Assembly: GCA_963691875.1 (NCBI GenBank)
Contig: OY829846.1
Coordinates: forward strand, 3,616,001-3,680,000
Length of the DNA: 64,000 bases
Origin: Aureliella sp.
Lineage (GTDB): Bacteria; Planctomycetota; Planctomycetia; Pirellulales; Pirellulaceae
Direction: 5' to 3'
The translations under genes were made by a program, and so were the position numbers. Below the pieces are notes generated by a model. That model was not told the origin of the DNA, made no database searches, and saw only the letters and a list, made by a program, of their open reading frames with translations. Numbering within the stretch: the first letter of the stretch is position 1; every line of letters starts with the position of its first letter. Positions 33,155-42,298 of this stretch are shown one piece after another.

Positions 33155-35791
33155 CTACTCGGACGCGCGGCGGACGTTGAAGACAGCCTCGAACTGACTG
33201 CCTGAGCCAGCCGATCCCTCCGACTCGACCACTAACCGAATCTTGTACTGTCCCGGCTGGAGGTGCTCCAAATAATTCACGAAGTAGGGCTCTGGACTCT
33301 CGACTTGTTTCACCACCAAGTCCCAACGGTATTGATTGAGTCCTGCCTCGCCATCCAATTTGATGGTCTTTAACAATTCATCCTTGGCTCCCAGCACTTC
33401 GAGCTTCACCTTGCCCGCTTCTCGCAACCAGAACGAAATGACTGTTTTCTCAAAGGGCTTGAAGTTCAATCCTGGGCGCGTGTCGGTGCGCACTGGCAAA
33501 ACTGCTGTCGGCACCGAAAAGAGTCGATTCTCTGACAAGCTGGCCAACTTGCTCGCATGCGCAGTGTAAATCGGCGCCAAATTGACTTTGTAAACCCCGC
33601 GACCGTGAGTACCAACAATCAAATCGAGTTCGCGCTGCTGAATGGCTAAATCACCTATACTGCAGGCCGGCAAATTACGGCCCAGCAGTGACCAGTTTTC
33701 TCCTCGATCGGTGGATAAGTAGACTCCGCGAAACGTTCCGAGATACAAAATATCTGAGAAGTTCGGATCTTCCAGAATCACGTTCGCTGGTTCGTCACTG
33801 ATCTCTCCACATATTTCTTTCCACGTGTGCCCGCGATCCTCGCTGCAGTACACATAAGTGTTCAGGTCATCGTAGTTGATGCCAGTCATCGCAATGTAGA
33901 CCCGCGATGCAACAAAACGCGATGGACAAACGCTGCGCATGTAGCCAACTGGCAGAGCCCCTGATCGCTCTGCCCACAAATCGGTTCCAGGCTCTCGCAC
34001 CCAGAAGGCCCCGCGATCAGTTCCGGCGTAAAGCAACCCTTGCTGAAGCGGGGATTCGACGATCGAGCCCGCCGCTGTGGAATCTCGTTTCTCTTCTTTG
34101 GCGGCTGACAAATCTCCGCTAATGAGCTCCCAGTCGTCACCTCGATTCGTACTGCGAAAAACGTAGTTACCAGCCAAGTAGAGCGTGTTGGAATCATGCG
34201 GCGAGATCGTCATCGGTCCAACGAAGTTGAATTTGAGCTCGCCTTCGTGATTTTCGGGTAAACCTGCCCGTATTCCAACAGAGGTATCGGTACTCATATC
34301 TTTGCGACGAAAGACTCCTTCTTGAGCGCTGAAGTAGACCGTGTTGGGATCGCGAGGATCAATCAGCGTCACGCAACCATCACCGCCATTCCAAGGATCG
34401 ATCCACAAATACTCCCACGGATCCGTGCGGGACGGCCCCAGTTCTTGAGCAAATCCGTAGACCGTTGAGTCATCCTGAGCGCCAGCGTAGATTCGGTAGG
34501 GAACATGATTGTCGACTGCGATGTCGTAATACTCGCCAGTGTGCAAGTTGTTGTGATGTAGCCAAGTCTTGCCAGTATCGTAACTTTGGTAAAGTCCACC
34601 GTCATTTCCCAGTACAAGGTGCTTGGGATTGCTTGGGTCAATCCACATTTCGCAGTGATCCAAGTGCAGACCGCTAGCAGCGCTAGGCACCATGTGATTA
34701 ACCTCCCCGCCGAGCAAATCGAAAGTCTTTCCGCCATCGGTGCTGTGAGCCAATCGCACTCCGAGACCAAAAATTTCTTCGTCGTTTAGCGGATTGACGA
34801 AAATATCCGCAAAGTACCATCCGATCCGCGAGAAGATCTGCAACTTCTCTTCGTGGGTTCGGTGCCAAGATTTTCCTCCGTCGGTCGAACGATAAATTTC
34901 CGCTGCTGCACTTTCAGAAATGAGCGAGCGATGGTCTACCAAGGCGTAAACTTTGTCGGAATTCGTTTGCGAGACCGCTAGACCGATACGACCAACAGCA
35001 TCGCCGGACGGAAAACCTTCAACGCACTTTTCCCATGAAATCCCAGAGTCTGAACTACGATACACAGCGCTGTTCCTGCCACTCACTTCTGGCGCATGTT
35101 GCCACAGCGAAGCGTAGACGATCTGTGGATTATCCTTTGCCCAAACCACATCGTTGGCACCTGTCTGAGAATCTACTGAGAGAACCTGCTCCCAAGTCTT
35201 TCCACCGTCTTCAGTACGATACAAACCGCGATTCTCGTTCACAGTCCAAAAGTGCCCCAACACCGCGACGAGCGCGACGTCTGGATTGTTAGGATGAACT
35301 GCGATTTCGCTGATGTGCCATGCATCGGACAAGCCAAGGTGCCGCCACGTCTCACCAGCATCATCAGAGCGATACACGCCAGTGCCAGGTATCGTATAGT
35401 TGCGAGGTTTTTTTAGGCTTTCCCCTGATCCAAGGTAGATGACGTTGGAGTCCGAAGGAGCCAACGCGATATCGCCAATTCCGTAAGTTGCCTGATCTTG
35501 GAACCTGGGCCCCCATGACAATCCGCCATTGGTAGACTTCCACAGACCGCCAGAACCAAAGGCGGCATACATTGTGCTAGTGTTTCGCGGATCGACCTGC
35601 ACCGATTCGACACGAGCTGAGTTCACCAACGGCCCAACAGGAATCCAGTCAACATCGTAAAGTGTCTCTTGCTCAAACTGCTGGTACCGATCGTAAGAGG
35701 CGACCAGCGGCGACTTCGGCTGTTGCGCAAAAACCTGGACCTGCCCGGAAACTGCAGCGAATGAGCAAAGAAGCAAAGCAATATGACGCAT
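33155..35791 (-). CDS. Secreted BNR/Asp-box (VPS10/sortilin-like) beta-propeller glycosyl-hydrolase-like protein
   Basis: Many Asp-boxes (STNGGLSW, SDDAGETW, TEDGGKTW, STDGGKSW, STNRGDDW, SEDRGHTW); GNDGG; THGRG; FlgD-like C-terminus; signal peptide from ATG 35791. Confidence 0.88.
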   Translation of the reverse strand: MRHIALLLCSFAAVSGQVQVFAQQPKSPLVASYDRYQQFEQETLYDVDWIPVGPLVNSARVESVQVDPRNTSTMYAAFGSGGLWKSTNGGLSWGPRFQDQATYGIGDIALAPSDSNVIYLGSGESLKKPRNYTIPGTGVYRSDDAGETWRHLGLSDAWHISEIAVHPNNPDVALVAVLGHFWTVNENRGLYRTEDGGKTWEQVLSVDSQTGANDVVWAKDNPQIVYASLWQHAPEVSGRNSAVYRSSDSGISWEKCVEGFPSGDAVGRIGLAVSQTNSDKVYALVDHRSLISESAAAEIYRSTDGGKSWHRTHEEKLQIFSRIGWYFADIFVNPLNDEEIFGLGVRLAHSTDGGKTFDLLGGEVNHMVPSAASGLHLDHCEMWIDPSNPKHLVLGNDGGLYQSYDTGKTWLHHNNLHTGEYYDIAVDNHVPYRIYAGAQDDSTVYGFAQELGPSRTDPWEYLWIDPWNGGDGCVTLIDPRDPNTVYFSAQEGVFRRKDMSTDTSVGIRAGLPENHEGELKFNFVGPMTISPHDSNTLYLAGNYVFRSTNRGDDWELISGDLSAAKEEKRDSTAAGSIVESPLQQGLLYAGTDRGAFWVREPGTDLWAERSGALPVGYMRSVCPSRFVASRVYIAMTGINYDDLNTYVYCSEDRGHTWKEICGEISDEPANVILEDPNFSDILYLGTFRGVYLSTDRGENWSLLGRNLPACSIGDLAIQQRELDLIVGTHGRGVYKVNLAPIYTAHASKLASLSENRLFSVPTAVLPVRTDTRPGLNFKPFEKTVISFWLREAGKVKLEVLGAKDELLKTIKLDGEAGLNQYRWDLVVKQVESPEPYFVNYLEHLQPGQYKIRLVVESEGSAGSGSQFEAVFNVRRASE

Positions 35792-36123
35792 CGATAACTC
35801 TAATTTGTGTGAAAGGGCCGTGCGTGTGTTGGCGAATCGGACTACATACTCCATCACAAAACGGAGTAGGAATGAGGAGACTTCCGATCTTGCCATTATG
35901 ATTGAGTACTCGCACGTCTGCGACGCGTGCCGAGATATTCTGCAACTGCTACACGATACTCATGCGTGCGGAATTACCCTGAAACTCAACAATTCAACTC
36001 GCCCCACAACCTCAGAAAAGGGCAAAGCATCCCTCGTTTCGTTTCCTTTTCCGTGCTGTGCTCGACCTTACTTCTAGTCTCTGCAACGCGAGTTTGGCGA
36101 ACGCGTGCCTAGGTACAAAACGG

Positions 36124-36500
36124 TACGACATGGCCGTTGAGCTGTTTCTAGCCCAGCTTGCGAGTGCAAGAAAGCTAGAGACAAAAACGGCGTTTCCTCT
36201 GCAATCGCCTGTTTGGTGACAGCATTGTTGGCGAGTGGTAAACTCGAAGACGCCGAGACAGTGCTCAAGAACAACATTGGTAAGAGCTCGGGAATACTGC
36301 GAGCCAAACTGCTCGCTTTGCGGGCAACTCTGGAGATCTTGCGTGGTGAAACCAATGTCGTTGTATGCTTGTGGCCCGTTTCAGACCAAGCTACTGCATT
36401 CATGATGGTTCGATTCTACGAAACTCTTGGATAGGACAGGTCCAAGGCGGTCGCTCTGCGGAGTGCGACACTTGCCACGCGAGAACAAGCACCGACCCCC
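36124..36500 (+). pseudogene. Collapsed TPR-CHAT domain gene remnant
   Basis: TPR-like YDMAVELFLAQLASARKL/DKNGVSSAIACLVTALLASGKLEDAE (frameshift near 36179) fused to the CHAT C-terminal VVVCLWPVSDQATAFMMVRFYETL, then TAG, then SKAVALRSATL. Confidence 0.65.
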
Positions 36501-36546
36501 CGGCTCTAGACTCCCGTCCTCCTTTATCGAGGAGCTGGCGATTAGA

Positions 36547-37494
36547 TCATTCATCAAATTCCGCGATGACGCGTCGCTTTCGATCAACACGCAACTGCGT
36601 GACATCGGGTCGTGAATAATGGCCGGAAGGATCAAAGTTTTGACGAGCTTCATAGACCCGAGCGAGATCCAATTCAGCTGTCAGTAAACAGTCCTTTTCT
36701 TCCGACGGCTCAACGATCCACTCGCCGTCGGGACCTGCGATGCAACTACCACCAGAAGCCATCACTTCAGGACAGTTATCAATCAGCGCATCGTAGTGCG
36801 GCGTACCAGAGGGAATTTCATCTCGCCGCAGTTGACCGCTCACGCTCAGGACAAAAGAGCGCGACTCTTTGCCAATGAATCGTGTTATGTCCTCCGTGTT
36901 GTATATCGAGCCAGGCCAGGAAGCAACGTGCACATTCTCGCCTTGAGCGTACATGGCGGCTCATGCAAGCGGCATCCAGTTCTCCCAACAGTTTAGTGCA
37001 CCAAGACAGAATTCGCCGAGCGGATGTGTCCGCAAACCATGACCGTCGCCTGGAGACCAGACCAGTCTTTCTTCGTACGTTGGCATCAGCTTGCGGTGCA
37101 CAGAAACAACCTCGCCTGCTTGGTCAATGGTGACCAGCGAGCAGTATAAGCTGTGGCTACCTCGATCCGTCGCTCGCTCGATAATGCCAAGCACAACCAT
37201 GCAATTACCGTCCTTCGCTGCTTTGCATACAAGCGTTAGATCTCCGCGTTCGATAACAACCGCTTGTTCGGCGTAGTGCGCGAATAGTTCCTTTTGAACG
37301 GGTGATTCAAAAGTGGCACCGCCAGTTGGACCGAGCCAGAAAGGATAGCCCGGCAAAAGTCCTTCGCCAAAGGCGACGAGCTGGCAACCTTGTTTGGCAG
37401 CCTGACAAACCATTGAAATCACTTTCTCGGTCGTCGCGGTGCGGTCGAGCCAGACTGGGGATATCTGAGCGAGAGCAACATGAAGAGTTGGCAC
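36547..37494 (-). pseudogene. Nitrilase (carbon-nitrogen hydrolase) with an in-frame TGA at 36961-36963
   Basis: E-K-C triad (FGEGLLPGYP, HRKLMPTYEERLVW, NCWENWMPLA). The frame continues after TGA as AAMYAQGE...GGSCIAGPDG...FDPSGHYSRPDV. Confidence 0.9.
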
Positions 37495-37677
37495 GAGAGC
37501 ACTTTTGGTATGAGAGCGACGGAATGTAAAAATCTATTGGAATCTCAAACTTGCCCTCGTCAAGCGTAGCAGCAATGACCAATGAAATTGGTCAACAGAT
37601 GAAAAGAGGTGACGATTCAGATAAACTAATACTTGGAATCAGAAACCGGATCTTACTTTTAGCCATGTGGAAATGAC

Positions 37678-40557
37678 ATGCGTCGTCTTGCAAATATTTT
37701 GCTCCTCATCGCCGCTGTTCTAGGAAACATTGTGGGTTACCGAGCCCATGCAGAAGACCAGATTTCCTACGCCAAACAAGTCGCTCCTATTTTCGCCAAG
37801 TACTGTGCTGGATGTCACAGCGGCGCAGAACCAGATGGGGACTTCTCACTGGAAAGCTCGGCGAACCTATTTGCCTCCAACGAAGACGAGGAAATTCTTG
37901 TTGTAGGCGAACCGGCAGAGAGTCGACTGTGGCAGTTAATTTCTGGCGAAGCTGATCCGCTTATGCCACCTGAAGATGAACCCAAACCTAGCGAGGCTGA
38001 GCGGAAACTGATTCGAACTTGGATCGAGCAGGGTCTGCAGGTAGATGCAGAATCCGTCGCAATGCAAAATAGAGAGTTGCCTGCAGCGTCCAAATCCGAC
38101 CAGTACATCGGGGCTATCGAGACCTCGCAAGGGCAGCTGTATCTAGGTCGATTGGGCGAGGTCGCAGCTTGGCTGGTTGAGAACGCAAAGGACGTAGAGT
38201 CTGCCGAACCAGAATGGGTCGCCGATGAGGTGGCAGGCAAAGTCAATGCACTTCGCGCATCTAACGATGGAAATCAACTCCTCATCTCTAGTGGCGTCGG
38301 CGGCGTACGGGGCGAAGTTCTATTGGTGGATGCCGATTCGGGTGAGACTGTCCGGCGCTTCAAGGGACACAGCGATTCTGTTTACTGCGCTGCTCTGAGT
38401 CCGGATGGGACGTTGCTCGCCTCCGGCAGTTATGATCGAAAAGTCATTATCTGGGACGCAAAGACGGGCGAAGTTATTCGCAAACTGACTGGCCACAACG
38501 GTGCAATCTACGACCTGGATTTTGATCCCACGGGCAAAGTCCTTGCCACCGCCAGTGCAGACCAAACCGTCAAGCTTTGGAATGTTGTCAGCGGAGAGAG
38601 GCTCGATACGCTTGGGCAACCCGAAGCCGAGATGCTTTGCGTACGATTTAGCCCGGATGGCAAGAACGTGTTCGCGGGTGGCGCAGACCGACAGATCCGA
38701 TGTTGGCAGGTTGTCTCACGCGACAAGCCGGGAATTAACCCGATGTTGATTGCTCGCTACGCCCACGAATCCGAGATTTTGCACCTGCGCATTCTTGATG
38801 GCAAGTACTTGGCTTCTGCATCCAGCGACAACACGGTAAAGCTTTGGAACCTGTACGATCTCGCGCCCTTTGGTAATTTGCTTGAGCTGAAAGACACACC
38901 GGTTGGCCTAGCAACGTTCGCAACCGGCGAGGCAGCATTGATGGCTTGCGAAATCCGCGGCCAGAAAAGGGTCCTCCCTCGCACGAAGCTTAAGGAGCTA
39001 CTCAAGCTTGCTGCTGAGGCCGCATCCAAGCCGCACAACCAATCAGAACAAACCCTGACACCCCAAAAGACGATTACTCACGAATTGGTCGAGTTTCAGG
39101 AGACGGAACCCAACAACTCATTCGCAGATACTACTAAGCTGGATTTACCCGCCACCATTCGTGGTGGCATCAGCGAAGCTACGAACGGGCGTGGAGATCA
39201 AGACCTGTATCGTTTCGCGGCTGAGGCCGGGCAGAGTTGGATCATCGAAGCCAAAGCAGTTGGCAAGAACGCCAAGCTCGACAGCTTTGTCGACATCTTG
39301 GATAGTTTTGGCGAACCAGTTTTGCGGACACGATTGCAAGCACTTCGCGAGTCTTATTTCACTTTCCGTGGCAAAGATAGTAGCACGAGCGACGACTATC
39401 GACTGCACAAGTGGGAAGATATGGAACTCGACGAGTACCTCTACTCAGGTGGAGAAGTGAATCGATTGTGGTTGTATCCGCGCGGTCCCGATTCGGGCTT
39501 CAAAGTCTACCCGGGTTTTGGCAAGCGTTATTCCTTTTTTGACACCACACCAATTTCGCATGCTCTTGGCGACGTCGCCTATGTTGTTCGCGAATTGGGG
39601 CGAGACGAAGTCGCTTTGCCCAACGGCTTACCTGTCTTTCCGATCTACTATGAAAACGACGATGACGGTGAACGAAGAGACGGTAAGAACTCCAGATTGC
39701 ATTTCGATGCTCCAAAGACGGGTGACTATTTCTTGCGGATTCGGGATGCTCGCGGTTTCGGCGGAGAAGACTTTGCGTACGAGGTCAAGATCCGCCAGCC
39801 CAAGCCTGACTTTTCTATCACGGTTTCCGGTAGCAAAATGGAAATGCCACTTGAAAGCGGGCGTGAATGGAAAGTCACAGCAAAGCGCACCGACGGATTC
39901 GCTGGCCCCATCTCGATAACGATGAATGGTCTGCCGGAAGGTTTTGTCGCAACGAACCCGCTTATCATCGAGGCAGGGCAGCAAACCGCACTGGGTTCGA
40001 TCTACGCGACGAGTAGAGCACAGATCGCCTCACCACAGCAAGTTGTAGAACCGGAAGAAGGTGATTCTGCCCGGGAAAAACCGGACGCAAAAGAACCTGA
40101 TGAAAAGAAGCCAGCCATGGCAGAGGTTCAGTTGACGGCTCGAGCCAACGTCGATGGGCAAGAAATTACCCACGAACTGAAAACCAAACTTCTGATCTCG
40201 CTAAAGGAAATCAAGGAAGTCCAGCTGCAGTTGGTGGACATCAAGACTGGCAAAGAACTCGATGAGTTAAAACTCGCGCCTGGCCAAACGATTTCGGCCA
40301 AAGTCGTCGTGCAACGCAATGGAACTACGAGCCGGATTGGATTCGGCAAAGATGATTCGGGACGCAACCTGCCACATGGTGCCTTCGTCGACAATATCGG
40401 TTTGAATGGCCTGTTGATCACGGAGCAGGTAAACGAACGCGAGTTCTTTATCACTGGCGCTCCCAAAGTTCCGGCTGGCCGAAGGCAGTTTCACCTTCGT
40501 GCCGACAGCAAGGGGAATCCAACCAGCAAGCCAGTTTGGATCGAAATCACTCGTTGA
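37678..40557 (+). CDS. Planctomycete cytochrome c + WD40 repeats + PPC-like domains protein
   Basis: Signal peptide; CAGCH and MPP; GH...WD repeats (GHSDSV..SGSYDRKVIIWD; GHNGAI..SADQTVKLWN); ETEPNN PPC motif; NLPHGAFVDNIGLNG. Confidence 0.9.
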   Translation: MRRLANILLLIAAVLGNIVGYRAHAEDQISYAKQVAPIFAKYCAGCHSGAEPDGDFSLESSANLFASNEDEEILVVGEPAESRLWQLISGEADPLMPPEDEPKPSEAERKLIRTWIEQGLQVDAESVAMQNRELPAASKSDQYIGAIETSQGQLYLGRLGEVAAWLVENAKDVESAEPEWVADEVAGKVNALRASNDGNQLLISSGVGGVRGEVLLVDADSGETVRRFKGHSDSVYCAALSPDGTLLASGSYDRKVIIWDAKTGEVIRKLTGHNGAIYDLDFDPTGKVLATASADQTVKLWNVVSGERLDTLGQPEAEMLCVRFSPDGKNVFAGGADRQIRCWQVVSRDKPGINPMLIARYAHESEILHLRILDGKYLASASSDNTVKLWNLYDLAPFGNLLELKDTPVGLATFATGEAALMACEIRGQKRVLPRTKLKELLKLAAEAASKPHNQSEQTLTPQKTITHELVEFQETEPNNSFADTTKLDLPATIRGGISEATNGRGDQDLYRFAAEAGQSWIIEAKAVGKNAKLDSFVDILDSFGEPVLRTRLQALRESYFTFRGKDSSTSDDYRLHKWEDMELDEYLYSGGEVNRLWLYPRGPDSGFKVYPGFGKRYSFFDTTPISHALGDVAYVVRELGRDEVALPNGLPVFPIYYENDDDGERRDGKNSRLHFDAPKTGDYFLRIRDARGFGGEDFAYEVKIRQPKPDFSITVSGSKMEMPLESGREWKVTAKRTDGFAGPISITMNGLPEGFVATNPLIIEAGQQTALGSIYATSRAQIASPQQVVEPEEGDSAREKPDAKEPDEKKPAMAEVQLTARANVDGQEITHELKTKLLISLKEIKEVQLQLVDIKTGKELDELKLAPGQTISAKVVVQRNGTTSRIGFGKDDSGRNLPHGAFVDNIGLNGLLITEQVNEREFFITGAPKVPAGRRQFHLRADSKGNPTSKPVWIEITR

Positions 40558-40708
40558 GGGGCAGGCGGATAACAATTGGAGTTGAAGGAAATACCCAAGC
40601 AGTCGGGCGATGGCAACTCTCAAGCCAGCAAGGCTCTATGTTGCACTTCCTCTTCGAATCCAACAACGAATGTGAAACCAGCTACTACACGATCACGGCC
40701 TCACCATT

Positions 40709-42193
40709 TTACGTTCCGCAAAAAGTTCGGTAACAAGTGCCTGGAGGTGGAGTTTCGCGATACGCAGCAGTCGTCCCGTCGCAAGAAAAAGGACTACTCA
40801 GGACTGTCAACAACTTCTGGAACGGATCGAGATTTCCTTCTTCGGCCGCCATGAGCGCCTCTTCGACACGATGATTCCTAGGAATCACCGCAGGATTCGC
40901 TTGCGTCATCAGCTTGATGGCAGCTTCGGCAGATTGCCCTTCGGACTCAAGCCGGACAAGCCAGTTTTGATGCCAAGTTGCAAAAGCTGCGTCGCTAGAT
41001 TCTTCCTCGCTCAAAGCTGTTGGCGACAGGTCAGCAAAAGTATTGGTGAAGTCAGCCTCGTTCTGCTCCATCCAGCTTAGTAGTTCATTGACTAAAGAGC
41101 GATCACCAGCCTGCTGCGATGCAAGTCCTAATTTTCTTAGCATACCATCGAGCCATGCTGATTCGTGCTGTTCCGGAAACTGATGTAAGGCATCCGTTGC
41201 GATCTCGATCGCCTTATCTTGATCTTCATCGAAAAGTGGAATCAGCGTTTCCGCAAACCTTGCCAAATTCCACTGGGCGATCGGGGGCTGGTTGGAATAT
41301 GCATAGCGCCCGCCATGATCAATGCTGCTAAACACTGTGCCAGGATGGTATCGATCCATAAAAGCACACGGACCATAGTCGATCGTCTCACCGCCAATGG
41401 ACATGTTGTCCGTGTTCATCACGCCATGAACGAAACCGACCAACTGCCACTTGGCAACAAGCTTCGCTTGAACACCGATAACGCGTTTCAGGAACTCGAA
41501 GTAGCGTGAAGGCTCATCGACTTCGGCAAGGTCCGAATAGTGCCGCTGAATAGTGTAGTCCGCAAGAGACTTGAGTGCTTCGGGGTTCTTGATCGCGGCT
41601 AAGTATTGAAAAGTACCAACTCTTATGTGACTAGAAGCGACACGCAAAAGCACCGCGCCAGGCAACGGCGACTCGCGATAGACGGACTCACCAGTCGTCG
41701 CCACCCCAAGGCTACGCGTGGAAGGAATTCCAAGCGCATGCATGGCTTCACTGATTATGTACTCCCGCAGCATGGGGCCAAGAGCGGCTCGACCATCACC
41801 GCGGCGCGAATAAGGCGTTTCGCCCGAACCTTTGAACTGCAAATCCCAGAGCTTGCCATCCGGTCCGCGCTGCTCACCCAACAAAACAGCTCGGCCATCG
41901 CCCAACATCGTGAATCCGCCGAATTGGTGGCCCGCGTAGGCCTGGGCGATCGGCTGCGAATCGCTCGGCAGCAATTGCCCGGTGAACAGCTGTGCTAGTT
42001 CTTCGTCTGCCGCCGCCGAAAAATCCAACCCGATTTCTTCAGCTAGCGGATGGTTGGCGACCACCAACTTTGGGTCTGGGAAACGGCCTGGTTGTGCTGA
42101 TTGATGCATGACATCTGGAAGCGATGCATAAGTGTGCTCCAGATTCCAGCCTTGCGAATTCAGACTGTCTGTGGCGGACGTAGATTGCGACAC
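40709..42193 (-). CDS. selO: Protein adenylyltransferase SelO (YdiU)
   Basis: AQAYAGHQFG..LGDGRA, KGSGETPYSRRGDGRA, GFVHGVMNTDN, IDYGP, IPRNH, C-terminal TFCGT. Confidence 0.96.
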   Translation of the reverse strand: MSQSTSATDSLNSQGWNLEHTYASLPDVMHQSAQPGRFPDPKLVVANHPLAEEIGLDFSAAADEELAQLFTGQLLPSDSQPIAQAYAGHQFGGFTMLGDGRAVLLGEQRGPDGKLWDLQFKGSGETPYSRRGDGRAALGPMLREYIISEAMHALGIPSTRSLGVATTGESVYRESPLPGAVLLRVASSHIRVGTFQYLAAIKNPEALKSLADYTIQRHYSDLAEVDEPSRYFEFLKRVIGVQAKLVAKWQLVGFVHGVMNTDNMSIGGETIDYGPCAFMDRYHPGTVFSSIDHGGRYAYSNQPPIAQWNLARFAETLIPLFDEDQDKAIEIATDALHQFPEQHESAWLDGMLRKLGLASQQAGDRSLVNELLSWMEQNEADFTNTFADLSPTALSEEESSDAAFATWHQNWLVRLESEGQSAEAAIKLMTQANPAVIPRNHRVEEALMAAEEGNLDPFQKLLTVLSSPFSCDGTTAAYRETPPPGTCYRTFCGT

Positions 42194-42298
42194 AATGAAA
42201 TTTCCGAGGATAGGTTTGCTGCCTGAACAATGTTAGCAGGCTTGAGATCAGCGTCGAAGGACTCTAGCGGATTGAAAAATCCCTGAAGACCGCAGCCA

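Noticed and set aside
36961..36963. TGA as selenocysteine or genome-wide recoding
   Set aside because: The position corresponds to conserved Arg, not Cys, and TGA is an ordinary stop in many genes here (e.g. 11999, 14368, 22620).
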